From an uncultured Erysipelotrichaceae bacterium (GTDB lineage: Bacteria > Bacillota_I > Bacilli_A > RFN20 > CAG-826), in contig CADBIO010000004.1 of assembly GCA_902794835.1 (NCBI GenBank), forward strand, positions 1-63,648: a stretch of DNA of 63,648 bases, read 5' to 3'. Position numbers and translations under genes: made by a program. Below the pieces are notes generated by a model. The model made no database searches. It had not been told where the DNA came from and worked only from the letters and a program-made list of their open reading frames with translations. Shown here piece by piece: positions 48,060 to 58,683 of the stretch. Position 1 is the first letter of the stretch; every line of letters begins with the position of its first letter.

Positions 48060-49120
48060 ATTGGAAACCCTTGGTGTTCCCTTTGATTGCGATGGGCTGT
48101 TTGGCGAGCTGTCAAGGCGCCCCAGAGCCCATTTCTTCCTTCTCCTCCGAGGAGCCTCCGATGAAATATAGCAATCCTATCATCGCCTCCGATTGTCCTG
48201 ATCCTTCCGTCGTCAGAGATGGGTCGAACCTTTATCTTTTCGGAACCAGCGGAAGGGTCTATAAGATCGAAAGTTTCCAAGAGGGTGCCTATCAGCTTCC
48301 CGACGTCTTGCGAAGCATCCCCTGGGGAGCCAGCAGCAGAAATATCTGGGCCCCCGATGTCTATCGGGTCGGCGATCACTGGAATTATTATTACTCCAAT
48401 AGCGTTTGGGGTGGAGAAGACACGGCCGGAATCGGCGTGATGACTTCTCTCTCCTTGGAAGGCCCGTGGGTTGACAAAGGAAAAATATTCACGGGGGAAG
48501 AAATCGGAGTCGCCAATTCCATCGACCCTGTCGTCATTGAAGAAGGAGGTCATATCTATATGGCGTGGGGGAGTTTCCGAGGGATTTTCCTCATTGAGCT
48601 AAATGAAGATGGGACAGCCCTCAAAAATCCCGAAACCGCCAGGAAAGAGAAGATTTTAATCGCCGGCATCGTCGGGAATTGGAACGGAGCCACCTATGAA
48701 GGGAGCTACATCCGGAAAATCGGCGATTATTTCTACTATTTCGGCTCACAAGGCACCTGTTGCGCCGGAAGCAATTCCACCTATCACGTCAAAGTGGCCC
48801 GAAGCAAGTCCCTCTTTGGCCCATACCTTGATTCCCAAGGGGTCGATATGTTAGGCGAAAACCGTGGCGAATTGGTGATCAAAGGAGATCAGAATGTCGC
48901 CGGCCCAGGCCATATGTCCTTGCTAGAAGATGACAATCACGATTGGTGGATGTTCTACCATGGATACGACAAGAACAACCCCTTAGGAAGGATGGTGTTC
49001 ATGGACAAACTCTTATGGGACGATAACGGATTCCCTTATGTCGTGAGCCGCAAACCATCTTTTCACAAAACCCTCAACGCACCAGTCCTAAAACCCGCCG
49101 GAAACGGAGAGGAGAACTGA
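48056..49120 (+). CDS. Glycoside hydrolase family 43 (arabinanase/xylosidase-like), lipoprotein-anchored
   Basis: ATG overlaps the lacI stop (ATGA) after GGAGGAG. MNWKPLVFPLIAMGCLASCQG has a lipobox. GH43 motifs: NPIIASDCPDPSVV, WAPDV, IDPVV, YEGSY, GPGH. Confidence 0.85.
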   Translation: MNWKPLVFPLIAMGCLASCQGAPEPISSFSSEEPPMKYSNPIIASDCPDPSVVRDGSNLYLFGTSGRVYKIESFQEGAYQLPDVLRSIPWGASSRNIWAPDVYRVGDHWNYYYSNSVWGGEDTAGIGVMTSLSLEGPWVDKGKIFTGEEIGVANSIDPVVIEEGGHIYMAWGSFRGIFLIELNEDGTALKNPETARKEKILIAGIVGNWNGATYEGSYIRKIGDYFYYFGSQGTCCAGSNSTYHVKVARSKSLFGPYLDSQGVDMLGENRGELVIKGDQNVAGPGHMSLLEDDNHDWWMFYHGYDKNNPLGRMVFMDKLLWDDNGFPYVVSRKPSFHKTLNAPVLKPAGNGEEN

Positions 49121-49148
49121 TTTTTGAAATCGATATGGAGGAAAAACG

Positions 49149-50558
49149 ATGAAAAAAACAACATTATTGATCATTACCACAGCCTTGCTTACCCTTTCCG
49201 GATGCGGAGGAAATGACGATGGAGAAATTAGTTTCGATGATTCCGGAATCACCTTCAAAAATGTCAATATCACTTTCTCTAACGTCATCACAGGAACCGA
49301 CAATTCCTATCTAACCGCCTTAATCAATCAATTCAATCAAGAGTTCAGCGGCCAAATCAAAGTCGCCGCCAGCGCCGTTCAGCCTGCCGATCTTTATGAC
49401 AATCTGCCGACCACGACTTCCTATAAAAAGAATGCGGATGTCTGTCTGATTCATGCGGAGCGTGTGTTGCAATTCGCAGGGCAGAAAAACGAGGAGGGGA
49501 CTTCGAAATACTTCCGAGAGCTAGAAGACATCATGTCGTTGGCAAGAATCAGCTTAAATGGAGAGGATTTCCCTGAACAAGTCTGGGCGAATATGAGATT
49601 GGATGGTCACCAATATGGCATTCCTTTCGATATGCATATGGCAGGAATCTATGTCAATAAAACCATTCTTTCGGAATTGGGATTGGGGATGCCCACCAAT
49701 CGGGCCGAGATTGTCCATGCCGCCAAAAAAGCCATCGAAAAAGGCTATAAGGGTCTTCCGATTTCCACTGGATATCCGGATACTTATGCCTATATCAACG
49801 CTTATTTCAACTGGGGTGGAAAGCAAATCGTCGTAGAAGGGGAAGATGGTTTCGACCCCGAACAGAAATTAAGCGATGGCACCGTCGTTCCTGCCCAGCC
49901 TGGCCTTTATTACAAAGATGCGTGCTTCCATGCCGTCAAATCCTTCGGGCAACTCATTTTTGAGGATCATATCAGCGAAAACAAGCTGGCCGTGGATACC
50001 AATTTAAATGAATTCTTCAATGGTCGTAGCCTTTTCTGCCTCGATGGGATTTGGCTTTTAAGTGACGCGATCCGTTATAGCACCGCTCAGGATTTCGAAT
50101 TGGGCGTGATTCCTGCCTCTACCTTGTATTGTGAGGAAAGCAACCCCGAATATACCGGCGATATCTACACCAATGGGCATATCTTCGTGATGCCGAAGAA
50201 TAATATGGGTGGCGAAAAAACCGCCAGACAGCAAGCCTCGATGAAATTCATCAGCTGGATGTTAGAACATTCCGCCGATTGGGCGAAATCGGGCAAAATC
50301 GCCGCTTATCGGCCTGCTAGAGAGACGGAGGAATATCTAGCGATCCCCCATTTGGATGGTTTTGGCAGCATCGATAAATTCCGTTGCTTGCAAGCCAATC
50401 GTTACACCTATGCCGCCTTCTCTCCGTCACAACGGGTCAACACTTTTGTCTTGAATGCCGATAGCATGCCTAGCGATGAAGCCCTTCGCGAGAAAATCGC
50501 CGAATATTATAGCGAAGGCATTTCTCTCGTGAAGTCGGACATTTCAGGCGGCAATTAA
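49149..50558 (+). CDS. ABC transporter sugar-binding lipoprotein (family 1 SBP)
   Basis: MKKTTLLIITTALLTLSGCGGN has a lipobox; 469 aa; placed directly before two permease genes. Confidence 0.85.
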   Translation: MKKTTLLIITTALLTLSGCGGNDDGEISFDDSGITFKNVNITFSNVITGTDNSYLTALINQFNQEFSGQIKVAASAVQPADLYDNLPTTTSYKKNADVCLIHAERVLQFAGQKNEEGTSKYFRELEDIMSLARISLNGEDFPEQVWANMRLDGHQYGIPFDMHMAGIYVNKTILSELGLGMPTNRAEIVHAAKKAIEKGYKGLPISTGYPDTYAYINAYFNWGGKQIVVEGEDGFDPEQKLSDGTVVPAQPGLYYKDACFHAVKSFGQLIFEDHISENKLAVDTNLNEFFNGRSLFCLDGIWLLSDAIRYSTAQDFELGVIPASTLYCEESNPEYTGDIYTNGHIFVMPKNNMGGEKTARQQASMKFISWMLEHSADWAKSGKIAAYRPARETEEYLAIPHLDGFGSIDKFRCLQANRYTYAAFSPSQRVNTFVLNADSMPSDEALREKIAEYYSEGISLVKSDISGGN

Positions 50559-50577
50559 CCTAGAAAAAGGGGATCGG

Positions 50578-51570
50578 ATGCGAGAATTGACTTTCGAGCA
50601 GCGTATTGAGGCGCAGAAGAGGAGCAGCAAAACGCGAAGCGTGCTTTCGCGTTACTCGACTGTTTTCCTCTTCTTCGGCCCCTATCTGTTTTTCTTTACG
50701 CTGTTTTTCTTATACCCCTTGATTCGAGGGTTCATTGATTCATTCTTTTTCTGGAATTTCGGCGACAGCGTCTCTGATATGCGTTTCGTTGGTTGGCAGA
50801 ACTATCAGAATATTCTTTTCGAGAACCCTGATTTCCCCTTGGCCCATCAATGGTTCACCACCGGTTTGGGCCATACGGTCCTATTTGTCGCCTTGACGGT
50901 GCCGTTTTTGATCGTCATTCCTTTGATCATCGCCTTGTTGCTAAACAAGAAACCATGGGGCGAAAGCTTCTTCCGGGCCCTCTTTTTCTTGCCCAATGTC
51001 CTTAGCGTTGCGACCGTCTGTCTGATTTTTCGGTATGTTTTCAATTCCTCGATGGGGTTGGTTAGGAATTTCCCTTACCAATCGGATGTGACTTCGGCCT
51101 GGGTTGTCTTGGTCCTTACGACATTGTGGTGGACGGTAGGCAACAACATGGTCATTCTTAATGCCGGCTTAAAACAGGTCGATAAATCTCTTTACGAGGC
51201 CGCTTCCGTGGATGGTTGCAACCAATTCAAGCAAGTTTTCTATATCACGTTGCCTCAGATCGGCAATCAAATCTTGATTTGCACGATTACCACGATCATC
51301 GCCTCTTTCAACGTCTATGGTCAGTCCGCTTTGATTACCAACGGAGGCCCATTGGATGCCACGATGATGTTTATCCAAAGGGTCTTACAATTCAAAAACA
51401 ACCCTAGCGCCGGGACCGGCGGGGCGGGTGTTGCCAATGCGATGTGCATCCTCTTTTCTTTGATTATCGTCGTGATCTCGATCATTCAGCTATTGCTTAG
51501 CAAAGACCGCAGCAAAACCACTCGCAAGAAGAGGGAAATCAAGAAGAAAACGAAAGAGAGGGGAATCTAG
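50578..51570 (+). CDS. Sugar ABC transporter permease (MalF/UgpA-like)
   Basis: Multi-TM protein with EAA loop YEAASVDGCNQFKQVFYITLPQI. Confidence 0.88.
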   Translation: MRELTFEQRIEAQKRSSKTRSVLSRYSTVFLFFGPYLFFFTLFFLYPLIRGFIDSFFFWNFGDSVSDMRFVGWQNYQNILFENPDFPLAHQWFTTGLGHTVLFVALTVPFLIVIPLIIALLLNKKPWGESFFRALFFLPNVLSVATVCLIFRYVFNSSMGLVRNFPYQSDVTSAWVVLVLTTLWWTVGNNMVILNAGLKQVDKSLYEAASVDGCNQFKQVFYITLPQIGNQILICTITTIIASFNVYGQSALITNGGPLDATMMFIQRVLQFKNNPSAGTGGAGVANAMCILFSLIIVVISIIQLLLSKDRSKTTRKKREIKKKTKERGI

Positions 51571-51572
51571 TT

Positions 51573-52436
51573 ATGGCCACGAAAAGAAGCATCTTGATCG
51601 GAAGGATCGTTTCCACCGTTTGTCTGTCCTTGCTTGCCGCCGTCTGGATTATCCCGATTATCTGGGCGTTAGGGGCGTCCTTTAAGCCAGATTTATATAC
51701 CGACACGGAATTGCTTTTCCCCGAAGCGGAACATTTCACCTGGCAAAATTATGAATATTTGCTTTTCAATGGGGAATATCCTGTGCTTCGCTGGATTCTG
51801 AATTCTTTCCTCGTGGCCTCGATTGCCACAATCCTTTATCTTATCATTGTCTCTTTTGCCGCCTATGCCTTGGTTTTTGTCGATTTCCGTTTCAAGAATT
51901 TGATTTTCAATATCATCCTTGCCTCGATGATGGTCCCGGGTATTGTCACTTTCATCCCGATGTATAACCTGATGGACAGTTTCGGTTGGGCGGGGGCGAC
52001 GGATGCGACTTATTTCCTTTCCCTTATCTTCCCGGGCCTAGGCGGGGTTTTTGGGCTGTTTCTGATTCGTTCGTTCTTCTTGAATATCCCCAAAGAGCTC
52101 ATCGAATCTTGTAAAGTCGATGGATCGAACAACTTTCAGATTTTTTTCCGCGTGATTTTGCCTGTGGGCAAATCGGCGATCTTCGTGGCGGCGATCTTCG
52201 CTTTCTTGGGCAATTGGAATGATTTCATGTGGCCTCAGCAGATGTCCATTGGCGTCCAGCTCTTCCAGCCTGAGCTTTTGACTTTGCCAGTCGGTCTTGC
52301 CAAACTTTCCGGAGCCAAGACAGGGGACGTCTCTCCTTTAGCCGGGGCAGTGCTTAGCGCCATTCCTGTGATGGCTGTCTATTGCTTCGCCCAAAAATAT
52401 ATCATCGACGGGGTTTCCCGTTCTGGAATCAAATAG
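51573..52436 (+). CDS. Sugar ABC transporter permease (MalG/UgpE-like)
   Basis: Multi-TM protein with EAA-type loop ESCKVDGSNNFQIFFRVILPV. Confidence 0.88.
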   Translation: MATKRSILIGRIVSTVCLSLLAAVWIIPIIWALGASFKPDLYTDTELLFPEAEHFTWQNYEYLLFNGEYPVLRWILNSFLVASIATILYLIIVSFAAYALVFVDFRFKNLIFNIILASMMVPGIVTFIPMYNLMDSFGWAGATDATYFLSLIFPGLGGVFGLFLIRSFFLNIPKELIESCKVDGSNNFQIFFRVILPVGKSAIFVAAIFAFLGNWNDFMWPQQMSIGVQLFQPELLTLPVGLAKLSGAKTGDVSPLAGAVLSAIPVMAVYCFAQKYIIDGVSRSGIK

Positions 52437-52445
52437 TGGTGTTAT

Positions 52446-54248
52446 ATGCTTAGAAATGAAAACGTCAGGCCATATTTAGTCAAGAATTCTCAGATTCTCA
52501 ATCTCAATGGGTTATGGGATTTTGCTTTCGACGATGAAAACGTCGGGCATCAAGAGAAATGGTTTTCCCATCCTCGTTTCCCGTTGAAGATTTCCGTTCC
52601 TTTTCCTTATGAATCAAAATTAAGCGGCATCGAAAAGAAAGAGAAACACGACCATATCTGGTACCATCGGAGGCTGAAACTTTCTTTTGATCCTAAAAAA
52701 CGTTATGTCTTGCACTTTCATGGTCTGGATTTCTATGGGGAAATCTATGTCAATGGGGAATTGGCTTTCAGCCATGAAGGTGGTTCTAGCCCTTTTCAAG
52801 GAGAAATCAGTGACAAATTAAAGTCAGGGGAAAACGAGATCACCGTCTATTGTTTTGACCCGATGGAAGATCAAAGCATCCCCCGGGGGAAACAATATTG
52901 GAAAGAAAGAAGCGAAAGCATCTTCTATAGCAAGTGCAGCGGCATCTACAAGAATGTCTATCTCGAGATTCTCGAAAGGCAATCCCTAGAATCCATCCAA
53001 TTATTAAGCGATATCGATCGGGGCGTTTTGAAAAGCAAAGAACGTTATCACGCCCCCGTCGGGAAAATCGTTTACGAAATCCGCTTTCGAAAAGAAACCA
53101 TCCTCAAAGAGACTATCGTCAATGTCCGTAAGAAGAAGGAAATCGAGCACGAATTGCGGGTTTGGGATGAAAACAAAATCGAAGAATACACCCTCCACGA
53201 CCAAAGCCATTGTTGGTCGCCCGAGCATCCTACCCTTTATGATTTGATTATCAAAACCTATGACGAGAATGGGAAGAGAATCGAGACCATCAAGACTTAT
53301 TTTGCGATGCGGAAAGTCCATGTGGAGAAGGGCATCTTTTATCTGAACAATCGCCCTTATTATCAGAAACTCGTCTTGATTCAAGGCTATTTCAAGGATG
53401 GCATTCTTTCTTATCCTAGCGTCTCTTCTCTTAAAGAGGATATCCTCCAAGCCAAAGCGATGGGCTTCAATGGGGGAAGGATGCATCAGAAAATCGAAGA
53501 CCCTTGTTATTACTATCTTTGCGATCAATTGGGATTTATTGCCTGGCTGGAATCCCCTTCAGGGCAGATATTTGGCCCCAGATTGATGGGGTATATGCAA
53601 AAAGAATGGCATGAGATCATCGAGAATTATTACAATTTTCCCTCGATTCTCGTTTACGTCCCCCTCAATGAATCTTGGGGCATCCCCGATTGCGGGAGCC
53701 GAAAGGATCAACAATATTTCCAAAACGCGATGTATTATCTTTGCAAATCCTTAGATCCATCGCGTCTGGTGGTGGGAAATGATGGCTGGGAGCTTGCCGA
53801 AACCGATATCATCTCTGTCCATAACTACATGCATGGCGGAGAAGATGATGGGAAAACCTATCGGACATTTTTAGATTCTCTCAAAGACCGGAAAGCCGTG
53901 CTTCGAAGCGTTCCTGGGGGAAGAAAAATCGTCCTTGATGGGTATGAGAAGAAAGAAACCCCCATCATGCTTACGGAATTCGGCGGGGTTTGTCTCAAAA
54001 AAGAGAAGACGGATGGCTGGGGTTATAGCAACGCCAACAACGATTCGGCGTTTTTGAAAGAAATCAAGAAAATCTACTCCGCCATTCGGAAATCCAAATG
54101 CGTCGTCGGTTATTGCTACACCCAGCTTTATGACGTGGAGCAGGAGAAAAACGGCTTAATGACTTATGAACGGAAAAACAAAATCCCGCCCGAGAAAATC
54201 AAGGAAATCAATGAAAGCATTCCAGAATGCTTACAAAAAATAAAATAA
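52446..54248 (+). CDS. Glycoside hydrolase family 2 (cytoplasmic; specificity not assignable)
   Basis: [10 protein letters not shown]..., [16 protein letters not shown] (sugar-binding domain), [15 protein letters not shown] (acid/base NE), LTEFGG (nucleophile); no signal peptide. Confidence 0.75.
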   Translation: MLRNENVRPYLVKNSQILNLNGLWDFAFDDENVGHQEKWFSHPRFPLKISVPFPYESKLSGIEKKEKHDHIWYHRRLKLSFDPKKRYVLHFHGLDFYGEIYVNGELAFSHEGGSSPFQGEISDKLKSGENEITVYCFDPMEDQSIPRGKQYWKERSESIFYSKCSGIYKNVYLEILERQSLESIQLLSDIDRGVLKSKERYHAPVGKIVYEIRFRKETILKETIVNVRKKKEIEHELRVWDENKIEEYTLHDQSHCWSPEHPTLYDLIIKTYDENGKRIETIKTYFAMRKVHVEKGIFYLNNRPYYQKLVLIQGYFKDGILSYPSVSSLKEDILQAKAMGFNGGRMHQKIEDPCYYYLCDQLGFIAWLESPSGQIFGPRLMGYMQKEWHEIIENYYNFPSILVYVPLNESWGIPDCGSRKDQQYFQNAMYYLCKSLDPSRLVVGNDGWELAETDIISVHNYMHGGEDDGKTYRTFLDSLKDRKAVLRSVPGGRKIVLDGYEKKETPIMLTEFGGVCLKKEKTDGWGYSNANNDSAFLKEIKKIYSAIRKSKCVVGYCYTQLYDVEQEKNGLMTYERKNKIPPEKIKEINESIPECLQKIK

Positions 54249-54258
54249 GGAGCGCCTT

Positions 54259-55740
54259 ATGGAAGAAAGCAAAACCAGGTTTCAGTTACTCAAAAATCCA
54301 AAAATCGATTCCTTCATCTCGCTGAAGAACATCAACAAAGTCTATCCCAACGGCTTTCAAGCCGTCTATGATTTCAATTTAGACATCAAACCACGGGAGT
54401 TCGTCGTTTTCGTCGGGCCTTCTGGATGTGGCAAATCCACGACCCTTAGAATGATCGCCGGCTTAGAAGATATCACGGCAGGGGATTTATATATCGATCA
54501 GGTTTATTCCAACAATCTTTCTCCCAAAGAAAGGGATATCGCGATGGTCTTCCAGAACTATGCCTTATATCCCCATATGTCGGTTTATGACAATATGGCA
54601 TTCGGCCTGAAGATGAGGCATTATGGGAAGGAAGAAATCGATAAAAAAGTCAGAAAAGCGGCGAGCATATTGGATTTAAGCCAATTATTAGACCGCAAGC
54701 CAAAACAACTTTCCGGCGGTCAGATGCAACGCGTTGCCCTTGGCAGAGCCATCGTCAGGGACGCCAAGATTTTCTTAATGGACGAGCCTCTTTCCAATTT
54801 GGACGCCAAATTGAGGGTCAAGATGAGAAGTGAGATCATCAAGCTTCATCAGCTCCTCCAGACGACTTCGATTTATGTCACCCACGATCAGGTGGAAGCC
54901 ATGACCATGGCCACTAAAATCGTCGTCATGAATAAGGGGTTCGTTCAGCAAATCGGCACCCCAGAAGAGATTTTCGCCTGCCCGGAAAACAAATTCGTCG
55001 CCTCCTTCATCGGCACCCCGGCGATGAATATTTACCCTGGCTATTACGATATCCAGAAGGGGACGCTGGATTTGGGGGGAGGCAACCTTTATAAGATGGA
55101 CAAAGAGAAGAGAAAGAAAATCAAAGAATTCTTTGAAAAGGAGATCGCCAATCTAAGAAAAAGGATAGAAACCATCGATCAGGAAGTTCAATTGTCTCCG
55201 CATCAGATGACGAAAGAGGAGAAAGAATCTTTGAAGCAGAACGGGAATGGAAAAAGAGGGGAAAAAGAGACAGGATACAGCGATTTTGACAGCGCCGTCA
55301 AAGCACATCGGACAATATCGAGAGCTGTTTTGAAAGGCGCGAACAAATTCAGCCTTAAGAGCTTATTTAAGAAAAACAAGCTTCCGACTTACGACGAGGT
55401 GAAACAACAAAAAATCGGCGAAATCGATGAGTTGATCGAACGATATGAAGAATATTCGAAAACAGGATTTGAAGTGGATATCGGCGTAAGGCCAGACGAT
55501 ATCCATTATGCAGAGGAAAAAGAACGTCTTCTTAATCCCGGTCCTTCTCTAGGCTTAATCGCCACCGTAAGCGAGCTGTTGGGAAACGAATATTACATCC
55601 ACGCCGATTATCAACAGATCGATCTGATTTGCAAAGTATCCGCCAACAAAAAAGTTCATTCCGGCGACCGTATCGATTTTGTTTTCGATATGGATAAGGT
55701 CCATCTTTTCGACAAATTAAGCGAGAAAACGATACTTTGA
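54259..55740 (+). CDS. Second MsmX/MalK-type sugar ABC ATPase with large coiled-coil insert
   Basis: [28 protein letters not shown]; 493 aa. An insert of about 100 aa ([29 protein letters not shown]...[14 protein letters not shown]) sits after FIGTPAMNI. Confidence 0.9.
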   Translation: MEESKTRFQLLKNPKIDSFISLKNINKVYPNGFQAVYDFNLDIKPREFVVFVGPSGCGKSTTLRMIAGLEDITAGDLYIDQVYSNNLSPKERDIAMVFQNYALYPHMSVYDNMAFGLKMRHYGKEEIDKKVRKAASILDLSQLLDRKPKQLSGGQMQRVALGRAIVRDAKIFLMDEPLSNLDAKLRVKMRSEIIKLHQLLQTTSIYVTHDQVEAMTMATKIVVMNKGFVQQIGTPEEIFACPENKFVASFIGTPAMNIYPGYYDIQKGTLDLGGGNLYKMDKEKRKKIKEFFEKEIANLRKRIETIDQEVQLSPHQMTKEEKESLKQNGNGKRGEKETGYSDFDSAVKAHRTISRAVLKGANKFSLKSLFKKNKLPTYDEVKQQKIGEIDELIERYEEYSKTGFEVDIGVRPDDIHYAEEKERLLNPGPSLGLIATVSELLGNEYYIHADYQQIDLICKVSANKKVHSGDRIDFVFDMDKVHLFDKLSEKTIL

Positions 55741-55742
55741 AT

Positions 55743-56699
55743 ATGGAGGAAGCGATCTTTCAGGCCCCCTTATCCAAGCGGATTTTAGCCGCGTTTTTGG
55801 ATGTCTCGGCAACGCTCTTGCTGGCCATCGCTTTTTTCTTGTTGCTAGTCAATGGGGCCCTTGATATTGGATTCCATAATCTTAATCACCGCTTGGCGCA
55901 ATATCGTCTTCAGGAAGAATCCGGCCTTTTCCTCATCCATAAAGACGATGATGGGAATTATCTGGAGATATCCGCGCTTTCTTATCGCGAGGAAGAGGAA
56001 GAAGAATATCAGCGTTTCATCGTCAAAATCAGGGATTATTATTTCTCTTTTGCTTCAGGAGAGGAGAAAACGGAGACCTATTTCAACACCCATTACATGC
56101 TTTTTGACCCTGACAGTCTCCAAAATGCCATCTTCTCGGTCTCTTCTCTCACGGAGGATTATTCGCATTACCTTCTTTTGGACGAAGTAAGGGACGTCTC
56201 TTCTCAAAAGAAGGTGAGGAAAGAAGAAAAAGAAGAATATCTTCGTGCGGTCAAGAATTTTTTCATGGACCCCAAAGAAGGGGTTTATCCTCTGGCATTA
56301 AGCGAGTTCACCAAAGAGGAAAGATTCCAATCCATCGTCAATGAGCTAGAGGCGATTGAAAGAGTGGAGATTTTGCTTTGCGTGGCTTTCTCTTCTTTCT
56401 TGTTTCTTTCTTTGCCGATCTTATTCAATCGAAACGGAGAGAGTGCTTTCATGCACCTTTTGGGAATCTGCTTCACGGATTCGGATGGATACCGGGTGAA
56501 ATGGCGTCATAAAATCATCCGCGCGTTGACTGTCGTCATGCTGAATGCGGTCTCCGTTTATTTCTTTGGCATCCCTTTGCTTGTCAATGCCATCCTTTGT
56601 TTGTTGACCCCTGAGAAAAGGTCTCTTCTGGATTATGCCTCGAATTTGGTTGCCATCGATAAAAAAAGCAGCGTCATCGTCGAAAATGAAATCTCTTAA
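55743..56699 (+). CDS. Membrane protein, possibly RDD family, with inserted soluble domain
   Basis: The ATG lies 2 nt after the ATPase stop. KRILAAFLDVSATLLLAIAFFLL shows the R..A...D pattern with a TM; two or three further TMs occur near the C-terminus. Confidence 0.4.
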   Translation: MEEAIFQAPLSKRILAAFLDVSATLLLAIAFFLLLVNGALDIGFHNLNHRLAQYRLQEESGLFLIHKDDDGNYLEISALSYREEEEEEYQRFIVKIRDYYFSFASGEEKTETYFNTHYMLFDPDSLQNAIFSVSSLTEDYSHYLLLDEVRDVSSQKKVRKEEKEEYLRAVKNFFMDPKEGVYPLALSEFTKEERFQSIVNELEAIERVEILLCVAFSSFLFLSLPILFNRNGESAFMHLLGICFTDSDGYRVKWRHKIIRALTVVMLNAVSVYFFGIPLLVNAILCLLTPEKRSLLDYASNLVAIDKKSSVIVENEIS

Positions 56700-57058
56700 A
56701 GCCCCCTTTCCCAAGGGGGAAGTTCATCCTCAAAAGGCTAATGGGGGGCTTTTCTAGGGGATTCAGGCCGAAAGCAGGAGAAAAATCCTAGATTCCATCG
56801 GCGGTAAAAAGGAAAAAAGCTCGTTTTGAAAATCGGCATCCTTCTTTTTCGCGAAACAAGTCATCTTCCTTGATTCTTTTTCGTCTCTATGGGGGGCATA
56901 AGGGCTTTGAAAAACTTATCTTGAAAATAAAAAACAAGACAAAATATAGTCAACCATTCAAAATGTATGACGATTATTTTGAACAAAAAACGTGATAAAA
57001 AATAACTTTTTTAACTAGTCTTGTCTTTCAGAAAAAAGTCATTGATAATAAGGTTAGC

Positions 57059-58075
57059 ATGGGAAAAGAAAAGATCTTCCTTATCACCGGCATCACCGGT
57101 CATTTAGGTCGCAATGTCGCCTCTTTGTTATTAGAGAAGGGCGAGAAAGTGCGAGGCCTTGTTTTGAAAGGTGACAACAAACTTTTTCTTGACCGTTTCC
57201 CACGCCCTGAGAATCTCAAAATCTATTATGGGGACATTCGGAATGAAGAAGAGGTGGAGGCCCTCTTTGAAGGCACAAAAGAGAAAGAAGTCTATCTTAT
57301 CCACTGCGCTGCTTTAATCACCCTCGTCAAGAAAAAAGACCAACGCGTTTACGACGTGAACGTCAATGGGACGAAAAATATCACCGATGCGGCCATCCGT
57401 CATAAAGTCCATAAATATGTTTATGTGAGCTCCACGGACACGATTCCGAAAAAAGGAAAGCAAATCATCGAAGATATCAAAGTGTATGATGAGAAAAAGA
57501 TCAAAGGCTGCTATGGAAAAACAAAAACCATCGCCAGCGCCTATGTCTTGAACGCCTGCAAGGGCAAGATCAACGCTTCTTTGGCTTTGCCTTCGGGGAT
57601 TCTGGGCCCGAATGATTTCTATGGCGCCCGCATGAACCGGATGATTTATCAATATCGGATTGGGAAATTACATAGCGCCATGTCCGGCGGATATGACATG
57701 GTGGATGTCCGCGATGTCGCGAAAGGGGTGATTGCCATTTTAAAGAAGGGCAAAAAGAATGAAAGCTATATCCTAAGCAACTCCCATTATGATATCGTGA
57801 CTTTGCTGGACATGGTCTCTGAGATCACTGGGCAAAAGAAAATTCGGCATGTGATCCCGAGATGGGTGGTGATCCTTTCCACGCCATTCCTTAGCATCCA
57901 AGCCAAACTTCATCACCAAAAGCCACAAGTCACCGCCCATTCGATGAAAATGATTGGCAAAAACACCTATCTTTCTCACGCTAAGGCAGAACGCGAACTA
58001 GGCTATCATCCACGAGAGATGAAGGAAACCATCAAAGATATCGTGGAATGGGTCGAAGAAAACCCACCAGAATAA
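57059..58075 (+). CDS. NAD(P)-dependent epimerase/dehydratase-family reductase (extended SDR)
   Basis: ITGITGHLGRNV (Rossmann GxxGxxG) and CYGKTK (YxxxK); 338 aa. Confidence 0.8.
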   Translation: MGKEKIFLITGITGHLGRNVASLLLEKGEKVRGLVLKGDNKLFLDRFPRPENLKIYYGDIRNEEEVEALFEGTKEKEVYLIHCAALITLVKKKDQRVYDVNVNGTKNITDAAIRHKVHKYVYVSSTDTIPKKGKQIIEDIKVYDEKKIKGCYGKTKTIASAYVLNACKGKINASLALPSGILGPNDFYGARMNRMIYQYRIGKLHSAMSGGYDMVDVRDVAKGVIAILKKGKKNESYILSNSHYDIVTLLDMVSEITGQKKIRHVIPRWVVILSTPFLSIQAKLHHQKPQVTAHSMKMIGKNTYLSHAKAERELGYHPREMKETIKDIVEWVEENPPE

Positions 58076-58095
58076 ACGAAAAAACACCTTGATTT

Positions 58096-58116
58096 GACGT
58101 CTTTTGACGTCTTTTT
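58096..58116 (+). terminator. Weak intrinsic terminator after the SDR gene
   Basis: GACGTC TTTT GACGTC followed by TTTTT. The two self-complementary hexamers pair with each other. Confidence 0.45.
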
Positions 58117-58120
58117 CATT

Positions 58121-58156
58121 TTTAAAAATGCCCCATCCTAATGGTAGACGGGGCAG
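58121..58156 (-). terminator. Intrinsic terminator after the zinc-ribbon gene
   Basis: On the minus strand: TGCCCC...GGGGCA followed by TTTTTAAA. Confidence 0.6.
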
Positions 58157-58187
58157 ATGGATAGATTTTAGGTGTCTTTTCGAGAAA

Positions 58188-58541
58188 TTATTCTTCGGGA
58201 GACCGCCTTGCAAAAAGAAGAATCCCTGCCACGCGAGAGACAAAGAAGAAGATGCAGATTTTGAATCCGATCCCTATTCTTTCGCCATGTTCTAATCTCT
58301 TGCTGGCGGTGGCTGTCATTGGGATGCACCAAAGCAAAGGGAGCAAGATAAGCCCTTGGAGCACCGTCATCACGCACATAAAAGTCTTGATAACGGCATC
58401 ATAAGTGCTTCCTTGATTCACATTATATGGCTCGGCTTCATCAGAATGATGCCCACTGGTGTATTCAATTGCCGTCCCGCATTGGGGGCAAATTTTAACA
58501 TCGTCCTCGACTTTGGTTCCGCATTTGACGCAATATCTCAT
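58188..58541 (-). CDS. Zinc-ribbon membrane protein (117 aa)
   Basis: Starts at the in-frame ATG at 58541. MRYCVKCGTKVEDDVKICPQCGTAI carries CxxC...CxxC, followed by two hydrophobic helices. Confidence 0.65.
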   Translation of the reverse strand: MRYCVKCGTKVEDDVKICPQCGTAIEYTSGHHSDEAEPYNVNQGSTYDAVIKTFMCVMTVLQGLILLPLLWCIPMTATASKRLEHGERIGIGFKICIFFFVSRVAGILLFARRSPEE

Positions 58542-58670
58542 CTTCCCGCCCTCTTTTCTTTTCCTTATTTTATGGGAAGATGCCTTTCTCTGGTAGGGGG
58601 TTTTATTGCCGAATTTTTTCCTCGTGTGCGCGCCTAAATCAATAGGATAAAATTCATTCTCAAAGGTGGA

Positions 58671-58683
58671 CATTCATTGAATG
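58671..58683. promoter_or_regulatory. 13-bp palindrome in the divergent zinc-ribbon / TetR intergenic region (candidate TetR operator)
   Basis: CATTCA-T-TGAATG, flanked by GGACA ... TGTCC and by AATTCATT ... AATGAATT. Confidence 0.3.

Noticed and set aside
58093-58112. Tandem 10-bp repeat TTTGACGTCT x2 after the SDR gene
   Set aside because: It is better explained as a simple terminator hairpin, because the two self-complementary GACGTC hexamers pair and are followed by T5.
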